This document shows, in pieces, positions 31,338 to 41,987 of a stretch of DNA of 64,000 bases; positions within the stretch are counted from its first letter, which is position 1; the number at the start of each line of letters is the position of its first letter. The stretch is from IMG/VR virus record IMGVR_UViG_3300026382_000273; one strand, written 5' to 3'. Under the pieces are notes generated by a model. The model worked only from the letters and a program-made list of their open reading frames with translations, made no database searches and was not told where the DNA came from. This DNA comes from an uncultured virus (IMG/VR IMGVR_UViG_3300026382_000273). Lineage: Duplodnaviria > Heunggongvirae > Uroviricota > Caudoviricetes. A program made the translations under genes and the position numbers.

Positions 31338-33086
31338 ATGCGAATAACTTTACCTATTAAATTAAAAACTTTTAATGATAAAATTATGTCATATGTTGAT
31401 GAATATAAAATTCAAGAAACAATTAATAATAAAGAAAAACCTAAAATAAATTTAATTAATTTTTATATTTGTCCTAAATGTTATTATATTTCCAAAGATC
31501 CATTTTGTAAAAACTGTAATATTAATCTAGAAAATAAACAATCTATTGAAAATGAAAAATTAAAAGTTATAAAAAATAATGATAAAGAAATAATTATAGA
31601 AAAAATTAATATAGAAAAAATATGGAACAATATAAAACTTATTAAAAGTAAATACAAATATGATTTAATAAATAATAAAGCAAATATTGTAATTAGAAAA
31701 TATGTTTTAAATAAGTATGGAAAAATTTTTTTATTAGAAACTGAATATAAAGATTGTTTAATTACAAAAAATAAATATTTTTATGAAAAATTAAAAACTT
31801 TTAGAAATAATAAAAAATCAATTTCTAAAAAATTTAATTATTTTTTATCACATAACAACATAAATATTTATCAAATATATGCAAATCCTGATAAAGTTTT
31901 ATTTTATAATTATTTAATTAAAAATAATCTTTTTAAATCATTTATTAAAAATTTGTATTTACTTTATACTTTTCGTTTTAGTTTAAATTTACAAACATTA
32001 GAAAAAATACTTAATCAAAAAAAAGCATTTTTTGAAAAATTATTTGATGGAAAATATAATCATGAAACAATTAAAATATTTAAGCAATTTCAAAATTTTT
32101 ATGAACAAATTCCTAATGATAGAAAAATAAAAACTATAAGAAATAATTTATATAATTTTAATTTGAATAAAAATATAACAGACAGTATGTTTGATTTTTA
32201 TTTAACTTCATATGGAAATACTATTTATTTTAATAGATTTAAAGCAATAGTTAAGTATATAAATAATATTGATAATATTAATAAAATATTGAAATTTTAT
32301 TTATTGTTATATTTTCAATATGATAAAAATTTATTAAAAAAATTAAAATCAATGTTGGGTGTCAAAAATGTATATTTAACAAACGAACATTTATATTTGA
32401 CTAGTAAAGATTTTAACTTTTTTATGTATATGTATAAAAATTTATTAGGATATAATGAAACACAAATTATCAATAATTTTATGCAGAAAAATTTAAGAAT
32501 GATTTTTAGCGATATAAAAACTTTACAATATGAACTTAAAGAATTTTCATTAACAAGAAAATGGAAATCATTATTTAAAGAATATTTTAATAAATATAAA
32601 CAATTTAATCCTAATTGGAAAAAAGAAAATTTTGTTGATAAGGGTGAAAAATTTTTAACATATTTTTTAAAAACTTTAAATGAATATGGTAATGATCCAG
32701 AAGTTATGAAAAAATATATTATTAATTTTAAGTATAAAAATACTGATAAAGTATTTGATAAAAAAATTGAAGGTTATAATTTTAAAATTTTAAAAAATAA
32801 ATATGAATTTGTTAGTACAGGAAATGCAATGTCTAATTGTATAGGAGGATATTTTAATAAAATAAATAAATTAAATCATAAAAATCTTGTTATTATAGGA
32901 TATAATAAAACAAAAGAAGAAATAGCATTGGAAATAGAATATTTAGCAGATACTAAAAATAATTATATTGATGGTGTTCGTAAAATAAATATTATCCAAG
33001 CATATCAAAAATATAACAATCCCCTAACAGAAGAACAAAAAGAAATTATAAAAAAATATATTAATTTAATATTAAATAATTATTGA
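31338..33086 (+). CDS. PcfJ-like domain protein with N-terminal Zn ribbon
   Basis: CPKC..CKNC; C-terminal GNAMSNCIGGY and IIQAYQKYN. Confidence 0.7.
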   Translation: MRITLPIKLKTFNDKIMSYVDEYKIQETINNKEKPKINLINFYICPKCYYISKDPFCKNCNINLENKQSIENEKLKVIKNNDKEIIIEKINIEKIWNNIKLIKSKYKYDLINNKANIVIRKYVLNKYGKIFLLETEYKDCLITKNKYFYEKLKTFRNNKKSISKKFNYFLSHNNINIYQIYANPDKVLFYNYLIKNNLFKSFIKNLYLLYTFRFSLNLQTLEKILNQKKAFFEKLFDGKYNHETIKIFKQFQNFYEQIPNDRKIKTIRNNLYNFNLNKNITDSMFDFYLTSYGNTIYFNRFKAIVKYINNIDNINKILKFYLLLYFQYDKNLLKKLKSMLGVKNVYLTNEHLYLTSKDFNFFMYMYKNLLGYNETQIINNFMQKNLRMIFSDIKTLQYELKEFSLTRKWKSLFKEYFNKYKQFNPNWKKENFVDKGEKFLTYFLKTLNEYGNDPEVMKKYIINFKYKNTDKVFDKKIEGYNFKILKNKYEFVSTGNAMSNCIGGYFNKINKLNHKNLVIIGYNKTKEEIALEIEYLADTKNNYIDGVRKINIIQAYQKYNNPLTEEQKEIIKKYINLILNNY

Positions 33087-33241
33087 TATAGTTTGTTAAC
33101 AAATAAAATATTTTTTTATTGATAAAATAATCGTGTTATTTGTGAAGCAGGAATTTAGAACGGGGTAATTTATGTTTTATGTTTTTGTCATTTGATTATA
33201 AATCATATATTTTCTCATTAAATTTAATTTTAAACTATCAA

Positions 33242-33654
33242 GTGAATCTCACCCGCTAAATGTTTTACCGTTATAGCGGATGCTTCTCTTTTGAAAAGGT
33301 TTATGAGGATGTATGTACATCCTCAAGGGCTGAAACACCAGCCTTCTATCTGTTATCTCTTTTATAAGTGTTTCACAGGCTACGCTTAAATTTTGAAAAT
33401 ATTTTCGCATAATATTCAAGGTTCCGTTTACATCGGCGTTGATTATCCTGCCGACTGCGGACTGATACAGTCTTCTTTTAATTCTTTTGCAGTTTGATTT
33501 TATTTTTCGTTTTTATCCTGCAGTTTGCGGTTAAATACAAAGTTTTCCTTTATTAGAAATTTTCCTTGTTATTATAGCAAATATTTTAATTGTTTTGCAA
33601 ATTCATCCCAAACTAATGCTTTGCATTTAGTTGGGTATTTTTTGCAAGAAATTG
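33242..33654 (-). mobile_element. Internally deleted IS200/IS605 (tnpB-type) element, copy B
   Basis: TTTAT target (33655-33659); left-end hairpin CCCAACTAAATGC/GCATTAGTTTGGG; TGCTATAAT promoter; AAAGGA RBS; tnpB fragments; right-end hairpin CCGCTA/TAGCGG ending in TTCAC. Confidence 0.88.
33249..33540 (-). pseudogene. tnpB: tnpB remnant (N-terminal ~18 codons joined out of frame to the C-terminus)
   Basis: MYLTANCRIK...; second frame KRIKRRLYQSAVGRIINADVNGTLNIMRK matches the RuvC-III region of TnpB. Confidence 0.85.
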
Positions 33655-33673
33655 ATAAATTAAAAAAATATAA

Positions 33674-33895
33674 TTAAATATTCCAACATTTTTTTGGACA
33701 AGCATCAACAATCAAAAAATCTTCATCTTTTTTTAATAAAAGTAATACTTTTTGATTTTGAAATTCTTTTCTTAATTTTTTATCTTTCTTTTTTCTGTAA
33801 TCAAGTTTATATAAAAAATATTTAGCTTTCTTTTCGTTTTCTGGTTCATATCCAATATTAATAGAAAAGTTATTTGGTAGTTCTTTTAACCACAT
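33674..33895 (-). CDS. Hypothetical protein
   Basis: 73 aa, RBS present. Confidence 0.55.
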   Translation of the reverse strand: MWLKELPNNFSINIGYEPENEKKAKYFLYKLDYRKKKDKKLRKEFQNQKVLLLLKKDEDFLIVDACPKKCWNI

Positions 33896-34021
33896 ATTAA
33901 ATTTTTCCTTTTAATTTTTTTATTAAGTATAACATAAATTAAAAAATAATTCAAGTTTAATATAAAAAAATAAATAAAAATTTTGTTATAATATTATTAA
34001 TATTACAATTAAAGGAATAAT

Positions 34022-35554
34022 ATGAAAAATTTATTAGATAACGAAATTGAAAAAATGTTTCAATTGTATTTTTTAACTTCATTTAATAATATGATAGAAA
34101 AAAAAGGAATTAGAAAGAAAGTCCTTGAATTACCTGAAAGTGAAAAGGTAAATTACAGTTATAATATAGAATATACAACAAGAAATGGAAAAATTATTGA
34201 AAAAAAAGGAAAAGATCAATTTACTTATAAAATAAAAGATTCTAATGATTATCAAAGATTTTTACAAAATGTTGAATTAAGACAATTAGCAGATAGTATT
34301 CGAAGGAATGAAACTGCATTAAAAATAAACGAAAGAAATTTAAATTTATATAAATTTTTAAAAAAAGCATTTACAAATCTAGATAGATATACAATAATTA
34401 TTCAATATATAAAAGAATATGTTGAAAATCAAAAAAATGAAAATAAAATTTCAAAAGAACTTTATCAAAAGATACAAGAAATAGATAAAGAATTAGGAAA
34501 AGGAAATATTGTTTCTGAAACATTATTAAATAAAATAGAACAATTTGAAATTTTAAGTGGTTTAGGTGAAAAAATTGTATTAAATGATAGAGAAGAAATA
34601 AGAAAAAGTAATATTTTAGAAACTTATTATTTAGATAAATTATTAGGAAAACGGAAAGAAATTAAAGAATATAAAATAGATAAAAATAATAATATTATTG
34701 AAATTGTATTTACAAATGGCGAAAAAATACAAAAAAAAATAAAAGGAATATCTAAAATTGAAATAGATAAAGACCGTATAGAACAAGAAATTAATAAAAC
34801 AAAGGAAAAAATAAAAGAACAAAAAAGAATTATAAAAACAGATAAATTAAAATTTGAAAAGTTAAAAAAAGAATATAAGGAAAAAGCTAAAGAAATTAAT
34901 ATTAATAGTGAAAGCCAATTATCAAAAAATGAAGAATTACATTTATTGAAAAGTTATATAAGAAATGAAATGCAGTCTGATATGGATGTATCTAATTTAG
35001 ACTTTGATAAAGCAGTTGATATCGTTATGGAACATGAAGTAGCAATTAATCCTGAATTATATATTCCTAAAGATGAAGCATATTTAAAAATATTAAGTGA
35101 TTTATATATTGATACTCCAGCAGAATTAGCAACTTTATTTTTAATAGAAGCTAATAAAGTTTCTAAAAATAGTAAAAAAACATTACAAACAAAATTACGT
35201 GAAGTTTTAAAAGAATTAAATATGTCTAATAGTTTTTCTGATATTGAATTAAAATTTGAAAATAATAATTTAATAATTTATAATAATAAAACAAATAAAA
35301 TAATTCACGATATTAAAATATTAAGAATAAATCAAATAGAAGTTTTATTATTAGATACAATAAAAAAAGAATTTTTAAAACATTTAAAATTATTAGGAAT
35401 AAATGAAAATAATATTAATAATTTATCAGAATTACAAAAAGAACATATCGGAAATTTAAATATTAATTTGTTAGATGAAAAATATGAAAAATTAAGTCAA
35501 TTAAAACAAGATTTAAAAGAAATAAAACAAGATATAAATATAGAATTATCTTAA
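34022..35554 (+). CDS. Hypothetical coiled-coil-rich protein
   Basis: 510 aa; TGTTATAAT promoter at 33984. Confidence 0.78.
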   Translation: MKNLLDNEIEKMFQLYFLTSFNNMIEKKGIRKKVLELPESEKVNYSYNIEYTTRNGKIIEKKGKDQFTYKIKDSNDYQRFLQNVELRQLADSIRRNETALKINERNLNLYKFLKKAFTNLDRYTIIIQYIKEYVENQKNENKISKELYQKIQEIDKELGKGNIVSETLLNKIEQFEILSGLGEKIVLNDREEIRKSNILETYYLDKLLGKRKEIKEYKIDKNNNIIEIVFTNGEKIQKKIKGISKIEIDKDRIEQEINKTKEKIKEQKRIIKTDKLKFEKLKKEYKEKAKEININSESQLSKNEELHLLKSYIRNEMQSDMDVSNLDFDKAVDIVMEHEVAINPELYIPKDEAYLKILSDLYIDTPAELATLFLIEANKVSKNSKKTLQTKLREVLKELNMSNSFSDIELKFENNNLIIYNNKTNKIIHDIKILRINQIEVLLLDTIKKEFLKHLKLLGINENNINNLSELQKEHIGNLNINLLDEKYEKLSQLKQDLKEIKQDINIELS

Positions 35555-35603
35555 ATTTTTTTTAATATATATTTTATAATTCTGGGGTAAAAGAATAAAA
35601 AAT

Positions 35604-36021
35604 ATGGGAATATGGTATTCAACTGATTATTATTCTAGTAATCTTAAAAATTTTAATTCATATAAAGAAAAACAACAATTTATTAAAAATAGACAAAATA
35701 AAAAACTAATTGAATTAATTGAATTAAAAGAACAATTAATTAATGAATTAATTAAAGAATTAAAAGAAAATTCAAAATCTTTAATTGAAAAAAATTTTAG
35801 GTTTAGAAATTACACAAAATAATAATTATAAAATAACTGATGGAACTCCTAAAATTATAAAAGATTTATTTATAGAATTAGAAAAAAATAATATTAATAA
35901 TATATATTTTATAGGATTAAAAACAAAAGAAATTCCTTCTGGTAAAAAATTTAAAATAGGAAATATTGAAGGAAGTGAATATATTGAAATTTATAATGAT
36001 ATGGAATGTTTTTTAAGTTAA
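35604..36021 (+). pseudogene. Probable single gene split at an A7 tract
   Basis: Removing one A at 35788-35794 fuses ORFs 35604..35822 and 35785..36021 (SLIEKILGLEITQ). Confidence 0.5.
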
Positions 36022-36172
36022 TTAAAATAATAAGTTTTTTTAATAAATAAAAAATTTTTATTATTTTTTTTTATAATAAAAATCCATTTAGATATAATTT
36101 TAATCTAATAAAAATTTTTAAATTTTATAATAATTTTATTTATAATGAAAAGTAAAAAAATAAAGGATAAAA

Positions 36173-39100
36173 ATGCAAAATATTAAAGTTAGAAAAAGAA
36201 CAGGTGAATTGGTTTTATTAGATATTTCCAAAATTAGAAAACATACACAAGCGGCATGTAAAGGATTAAAAAATGTTGATTTTAGTGAATTAGAACTTGA
36301 TGCAAAACTTCAATTTAGAGATGGAATCACAACTGAAGAAATACAGCAAACATTAATAAAAACAGCAGTAGATAAAATAGATATAGATAAACCAGATTGG
36401 AATTTTGTGGCAGCAAGATTATTTCTATTTGATTTATATAAAAAAGTTACTGGGAAATGGGGATATAATAGTTTAGAAGAATATTTTGAAAAAGGTGAAA
36501 AAGAAGGAAGGCTTCTTTTAGGGCTTAAAGAAAAATATAATTTAAAAAAATTAGATAAATATATAAAGCCCGAAAGGGATTATCAATTTACATATTTAGG
36601 AATAAAAACATTGTATGATAGATATATATTAAAAGATAAAAAAGGGCACCCTATTGAACTTCCACAACATTTATTTATGGGTGTTGCAATGTTTTTGGCA
36701 CAAAATGAAACAAATCCAGAAAGTATGGAATATTTAATAAATTTAGGATACAAAGTTCCAACAGCAAAAGAATTAAAAGAAAAATATAAGAATGAAGAAG
36801 AATTAAAAAAAGAAATTAGAACAATTTGGGCAAAACATTTTTATGATATAATCAGTAAGTTTGAAGTAATGGTGGCAACACCAACTTTAAGTAATGCTAG
36901 AACAAATAGACATCAACTTAGTAGTTGTTATTTAGGTTCAATGAGTGATAATATAGAAGGTATTTTTGATGATTTTAAAGAAATGGCGCTTTTATCTAAA
37001 TTTGGCGGTGGTATTGGTTGGGATGTTTCAAAAATTCGTGCTATGGGAAGTGAAATTGATAATCATAAAAACGCAAGTGGTGGATTAATTCCCTGGCTTA
37101 AAATCACAAATGATATAGCTATTGCTGTGGATCAGCTTGGAACTAGAAAAGGTGCGATTGCCGTGTATCTTGAACCTTGGCATATGGATATAATGGATTT
37201 CCTTGAACTCAAAAAAAATAGTGGTGAAGAAAGAAGAAGAGCACATGACTTATTTCCTGCACTTTGGATTCCAGATTTATTTATGAAAAGAGTTGAAGAA
37301 AATGTAGAATGGACATTATTTGATCCTTATGAAACAGGTGATTTACATGATTTATATGGTGAAGAATTTGATAAAAAATATGTTGAATATGAAAATAATC
37401 CTAATATTAAAAAAGTAAAAGTAAATGCAAAAGATTTATGGAAAAAAATACTTCTTGAATATTATGAAACTGGAAATCCGTTTTTGTGTTTCAAAGACAA
37501 TGCGAACAGAAGAAACCAAAACGACCATGCGGGAATTATCAGAAGTTCAAATTTATGTGTTACTGGTGATACAAGATTGGCAACACAATTTGGTTTAGTT
37601 ACTGCAAAAGAACTTGAACAAATGCAAGAAGATATTATTGCGACATATGATTATAGAACTTGTGGTAATCCAAATGAATATGGAGTTGGAACCGCACAAT
37701 GTATTAAAATGTATAAAACTAAAAAAAATGCTGATGTTTATGAGATTGTTACTAATGATGGATACAAAATCAAGGCAACAGATTGGCATGAATTTTATGT
37801 AAAAAGAGGGAATAAAATATTAAAAATTCCTTTAAGAGAAATTAAAAAAACAGATAAATTATTAATTCAGTCAGGAAAAGGACAGTTTGGAAAAGAAGGA
37901 AATTATTCATTAGGATTACTTATTGGATTTATAACTGGGGATGGAACACTTTCATTTAATAAAAACAAAAAACAAACTGCACATATTGATTTGTATAATG
38001 AAGATATTAAATTAAAAAAATATATTTTTATTCATTTAAAACAAGCAATTAAAGAATATAATACACTTAATAAGAGTTTAACAAAAAATTTTGATTTAGT
38101 AATGCCAAAAATTAAAAAGAACAGTGAAAATTCAAATAAAATAAGATTTTCAAGTGTTCGTTTAGGAAGAATTTTATATGAAAAATATAACTTTAAAAAA
38201 GAAACAAAATTGGAAGTTCCTGAATTTATATTCAAAGGAAAAGAAGAAACTGTAAGGGGATATTTACAAGGATTATTTACTTCTGATGGAAGTATTAATG
38301 TTTTACAAAATAATAGAATACCTTCTATATCAATACAATTATCAAGTATAAGTAAAAAATTACTTGAAGATGTACAAATATTATTGTCAAATTTTGGAAT
38401 TAGAAGCAAAATAGTAAAACCTTATAAAAGAAAAAAAGAAAGTTTTTCATATAAAGGTAAAATATATAAAAGTAAACCTTTGTATAGATTATGTATAAAC
38501 GGACATAATACAATTAATTTTATTAATCAAATAGGATTTTTAGGATATAAACAAGAAAAAGCCTATGCGGTATTTAGAAAAAGGTTAGAATTAGGTTATC
38601 CTATCCATGGAAGAAAAACAGAACATTTTGAAGTTTCAATAAAAGATATTAAATATATAGGAAAAGAAGATGTATATGATACAACACAACTACTAAATCA
38701 TTCTTTAATATTTAATGGACTTGTAACTGGAAATTGTACGGAAATTTTTCAAAACACCGAATCAAATAAATATCTTGTTGAAGTATTTTATGAAGATGGA
38801 ACAAAAGATTATTTTGAAGAAGAAGCAAATGTTAAAGTTGAAATAGATGGTATTGAAACTATAATTAAAGGTAAAAAAATAACTTCATTACATACTATAA
38901 ATGGAAAAAAAGTATATTTTGTTCAGAAAACAGCTATTGAAGGTAAAACCGCAGTATGTAATCTTGCAAGTATTAATTTAAGTAAAGTAAATACTCCTAA
39001 AAAAATTGAAAAAATTATTCCATTATCAATTAGAATGTTAGATAATGTAATAGACTTAAATTTTTATCCTGTTAAAAAAACAAAAGATACTAATATACGA

Positions 39101-39820
39101 AATAGAGCTATTGGTTTAGGTGCTATGGGTGAAGCACAATTAGTTGCCGAAAAACAAATAATGTGGGGAAGTGAGAAACATTTAAAACTTATAGATGAAC
39201 TTTTTGAAAGAATTAGTTATTCTGCCATAGAAGCAAGTACAAATTTAGCACAAGAAAAAGGAATATATCCTGAGTTTGAAGGAAGTAAATGGTCAAAAGG
39301 TATATTACCTATTGATACTATTAACAAAGAAGCTAAAAAACTAATCGATAGAGAATATGCAAAAGATTGGAAAGCTTTGAAGAAAAAAGTCAAAAAGGGA
39401 ATGCGTAATGGATATTTGATGGCTATTGCACCAACAAGTTCAATTTCAATTCTAACAGGAACAACACAAGCTATTGAACCTGTTTATAAAAGAAAATGGT
39501 ATGAAGAAAATCTAAGTGGACTTATTCCTGTGGTTGTTCCTAATCTTTCACCTGATACATATATGTTTTATACTCCAGCATATGAACTTGATCAAAGAAT
39601 ATTAGTAAAAGCAGCGGCAATAAGACAAAAATGGATAGATCAAGGACAAAGTCTTAATATATTTATTAATCCTGAAGAAGCAAGTGGTAAATATCTAAAT
39701 GATATTTATTCATTAGGATGGAAATTAGGATTAAAATCATTCTATTATTTAAGAAGTAAATCACCTGAAAATAATGAAGAAATTATGGACAGAAGTGTTG
39801 AATGTTTCGGATGTCAATAA
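36173..39820 (+). CDS. nrdA: Class Ia ribonucleotide reductase alpha subunit, with ATP cone and intein
   Basis: ATP cone, ATPTLSNAR, QLSSCY, GGGIG, DQLGTRKG, SNLC/CTEI, IAPTSSIS, DQGQS, C-terminal CFGCQ. Confidence 0.97.
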   Translation: MQNIKVRKRTGELVLLDISKIRKHTQAACKGLKNVDFSELELDAKLQFRDGITTEEIQQTLIKTAVDKIDIDKPDWNFVAARLFLFDLYKKVTGKWGYNSLEEYFEKGEKEGRLLLGLKEKYNLKKLDKYIKPERDYQFTYLGIKTLYDRYILKDKKGHPIELPQHLFMGVAMFLAQNETNPESMEYLINLGYKVPTAKELKEKYKNEEELKKEIRTIWAKHFYDIISKFEVMVATPTLSNARTNRHQLSSCYLGSMSDNIEGIFDDFKEMALLSKFGGGIGWDVSKIRAMGSEIDNHKNASGGLIPWLKITNDIAIAVDQLGTRKGAIAVYLEPWHMDIMDFLELKKNSGEERRRAHDLFPALWIPDLFMKRVEENVEWTLFDPYETGDLHDLYGEEFDKKYVEYENNPNIKKVKVNAKDLWKKILLEYYETGNPFLCFKDNANRRNQNDHAGIIRSSNLCVTGDTRLATQFGLVTAKELEQMQEDIIATYDYRTCGNPNEYGVGTAQCIKMYKTKKNADVYEIVTNDGYKIKATDWHEFYVKRGNKILKIPLREIKKTDKLLIQSGKGQFGKEGNYSLGLLIGFITGDGTLSFNKNKKQTAHIDLYNEDIKLKKYIFIHLKQAIKEYNTLNKSLTKNFDLVMPKIKKNSENSNKIRFSSVRLGRILYEKYNFKKETKLEVPEFIFKGKEETVRGYLQGLFTSDGSINVLQNNRIPSISIQLSSISKKLLEDVQILLSNFGIRSKIVKPYKRKKESFSYKGKIYKSKPLYRLCINGHNTINFINQIGFLGYKQEKAYAVFRKRLELGYPIHGRKTEHFEVSIKDIKYIGKEDVYDTTQLLNHSLIFNGLVTGNCTEIFQNTESNKYLVEVFYEDGTKDYFEEEANVKVEIDGIETIIKGKKITSLHTINGKKVYFVQKTAIEGKTAVCNLASINLSKVNTPKKIEKIIPLSIRMLDNVIDLNFYPVKKTKDTNIRNRAIGLGAMGEAQLVAEKQIMWGSEKHLKLIDELFERISYSAIEASTNLAQEKGIYPEFEGSKWSKGILPIDTINKEAKKLIDREYAKDWKALKKKVKKGMRNGYLMAIAPTSSISILTGTTQAIEPVYKRKWYEENLSGLIPVVVPNLSPDTYMFYTPAYELDQRILVKAAAIRQKWIDQGQSLNIFINPEEASGKYLNDIYSLGWKLGLKSFYYLRSKSPENNEEIMDRSVECFGCQ
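37556..38734 (+). mobile_element. Intein (393 aa, residues 462-854) with LAGLIDADG homing endonuclease
   Basis: Starts CVTGDT, block B ATDWHEF, LAGLIDADG motifs LLIGFITGDG and YLQGLFTSDG, block F DVYD, ends VTGN before C+1; splits the NL|CTEI active-site motif. Confidence 0.93.
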
Positions 39821-39935
39821 TTTTTTTATTTTTCTTTGTTCTATTATTTATTTTAGATTTATATATAAACATTTAATAAAAAATTAAAAAATTTTTGAAA
39901 ATTAGAATTTAATTAAATTTGAAAAAAAGATAATT

Positions 39936-40358
39936 ATGAGTTTACAAGTTTTTAAAATAGAAGGGAAAGAGATATGTATTAATTACGACTTCTTTTTTAA
40001 TAATTTAAAAAAATATTTTAAAGAAGAACTAAATATTGATTATGATGAAAATAGTTTATTATGTGAAGAAGAATTAATCTATAAAGCATTTAACAAAATA
40101 CATAATGATCATATTATTTCTATTAATGTATTGGACGAGTTTGAAAAAGAATTTTATTTAAATTATTATAACTTAGCTAATAAAGCAAAAGAACACAAAA
40201 CAACCAATTCTAAATTAATGATTCTTTTAGATCGAATGAATGGTGAATATGTATGTTTAATGTATCCCAAAAAAGCCGAATCTATTGAAAATACAATGGT
40301 ATATGAAAATTGGCAAAAAAATTACAGAAAAAAATTCATGAATTATTTCCTTTCTTAA
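39936..40358 (+). CDS. Hypothetical protein
   Basis: 140-aa ORF. Confidence 0.65.
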   Translation: MSLQVFKIEGKEICINYDFFFNNLKKYFKEELNIDYDENSLLCEEELIYKAFNKIHNDHIISINVLDEFEKEFYLNYYNLANKAKEHKTTNSKLMILLDRMNGEYVCLMYPKKAESIENTMVYENWQKNYRKKFMNYFLS

Positions 40359-40468
40359 AAAAATATAAAGCCAAAAAAATTGTGAAAAAACATTATCAAT
40401 AATATTTTTTTATTTATTATTTATTTAAAATTTTGATATAATTATTTAAAATATTCAAAGGAAATATT

Positions 40469-40708
40469 ATGAAAAAAAGAATAGATAAATTATTAACAAA
40501 ACTAGAAAATATTACATTAACAGAAAAACAAAAAGAAGAAATTAAAAGATTTTTAATAATTTTTAAATTAAAAAAATTAGCAAAAAATAAAAAATATAGA
40601 GAATATTTTGATTATGCCAAAAAATTAAGAAAAAATAATGTTAAAATAGAAATAATAACACAAGATATTAAAGATTTTAATAAATTTAATATTTCGAAAG
40701 GAAAATGA
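40469..40708 (+). CDS. Hypothetical protein
   Basis: 79 aa, promoter at 40434, RBS. Confidence 0.6.
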   Translation: MKKRIDKLLTKLENITLTEKQKEEIKRFLIIFKLKKLAKNKKYREYFDYAKKLRKNNVKIEIITQDIKDFNKFNISKGK

Positions 40709-40971
40709 TGGAAAAAATCAAATTAAAAAGAAATATATCAATAGAAAGATTAGAATTAATTTTAAGCACTTTGAATACAAATTTAATAAAAAAAATTTAT
40801 GTTAGATATATAGATTCAATTAATGGTTATCATAATGGATATATTATACAAATAGGTTGTATTAAATATTATATAAATACAAATGCTTTAACTCCAGAAA
40901 AAAAACAAACAAAAAATGAAAAGGTTGAAAATGCTTTACAAAAAAGTAAATTAAAAATAATTTCTTTTTAA
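40705..40971 (+). CDS. Hypothetical protein
   Basis: ATGA overlap with the upstream ORF. Confidence 0.6.
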   Translation: MMEKIKLKRNISIERLELILSTLNTNLIKKIYVRYIDSINGYHNGYIIQIGCIKYYINTNALTPEKKQTKNEKVENALQKSKLKIISF

Positions 40972-41015
40972 TTTTCAAAATTTTTATGTTATAATTAAAA
41001 AAAGAAAGGATTAAA

Positions 41016-41294
41016 ATGTTGAAAAAAAGTTTATTAATTTTAATTTTGGTTGTCACCTATGCAAGTGCAGATTGGAATTTTATTTCATCATTGTTTAAAA
41101 AAACTGTTGATGCAATAGCCTATACAGTTGAAACAAGTGGGCAAAATCCTAGAGTTTATGAATTTGATACACAAGGGTATCCACGAATGCATTGTGTTGT
41201 ATTTTTAAGACCGGATACAAAAACAAGTCCGACAATGTTTTGTATGCGTTTAACGCCAGAAGATGCTAAAAAAAATGCAAAATTAGCTAAATAA
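41016..41294 (+). CDS. Small secreted protein
   Basis: Signal peptide ending ASA; NPRVYEF motif; Cys pair. Confidence 0.7.
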   Translation: MLKKSLLILILVVTYASADWNFISSLFKKTVDAIAYTVETSGQNPRVYEFDTQGYPRMHCVVFLRPDTKTSPTMFCMRLTPEDAKKNAKLAK

Positions 41295-41898
41295 TAGGAA
41301 TTTCTTTTTTTTCTTGTTGTTGTACTTGTTTTTCTTGTTTTTTTATTAAATTTACTAACATTTTTTCTTCACCTTGTTGCTGTTGTATTAATTGATTTTG
41401 TTGTTGAAGCAGTATATTCTGTTGATGTTGTTGTTCAATATAGGCTTTTAATTTATTCTTTTTCTTTCTTAATTCTTTATGCCAATTTTTAGCTCTTTTT
41501 CTTCTTTTTTTAATATAAGTTATCACTAAATCTGTAACTATTTTTTGTGGTCCAAATAAATACATAAAAATACTTATAAAGATTTTAAAAATTTGTACAA
41601 ATTTTACTATCATTGAATTCTTTATTTTTTCTTTTATTCTTTTAAAAAAATTTTTCATTATATTTTCTAATAATTTACTAATTTGCCTTGCTAAAAATTG
41701 CAATATATAAGGATATGTAAAAAATAATATAAGAAAAACTATTCCACCAGCTATTAATGCTGCTATCATATTTTCTATGTTATCAATAAAACTTTTAGCT
41801 CCTGGTATCCAATCAAATATTTTATGTGCTATATTAAAAACATTAAGTCCTATATCCATAATTTTATTATATATCCATTCTTTTATTTTATCAAGCAT
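41287..41898 (-). CDS. Membrane protein with Gln-rich tail
   Basis: Hydrophobic segments; polyQ C-terminus. Confidence 0.65.
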   Translation of the reverse strand: MLDKIKEWIYNKIMDIGLNVFNIAHKIFDWIPGAKSFIDNIENMIAALIAGGIVFLILFFTYPYILQFLARQISKLLENIMKNFFKRIKEKIKNSMIVKFVQIFKIFISIFMYLFGPQKIVTDLVITYIKKRRKRAKNWHKELRKKKNKLKAYIEQQHQQNILLQQQNQLIQQQQGEEKMLVNLIKKQEKQVQQQEKKEIPII

Positions 41899-41987
41899 AT
41901 AAATATCCTTTATAATTTATTGTATTTATTATAAATAATTTGAAAAATATTAAGAATATTTAAAATTAAAAAAAGAAATTTAAAAAA

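Noticed and set aside
35708..35770. Short tandem TAATTGAAT / GAATTAA repeats
   Set aside because: Low-complexity coding for a LIEL/KEL heptad; no spacer structure.
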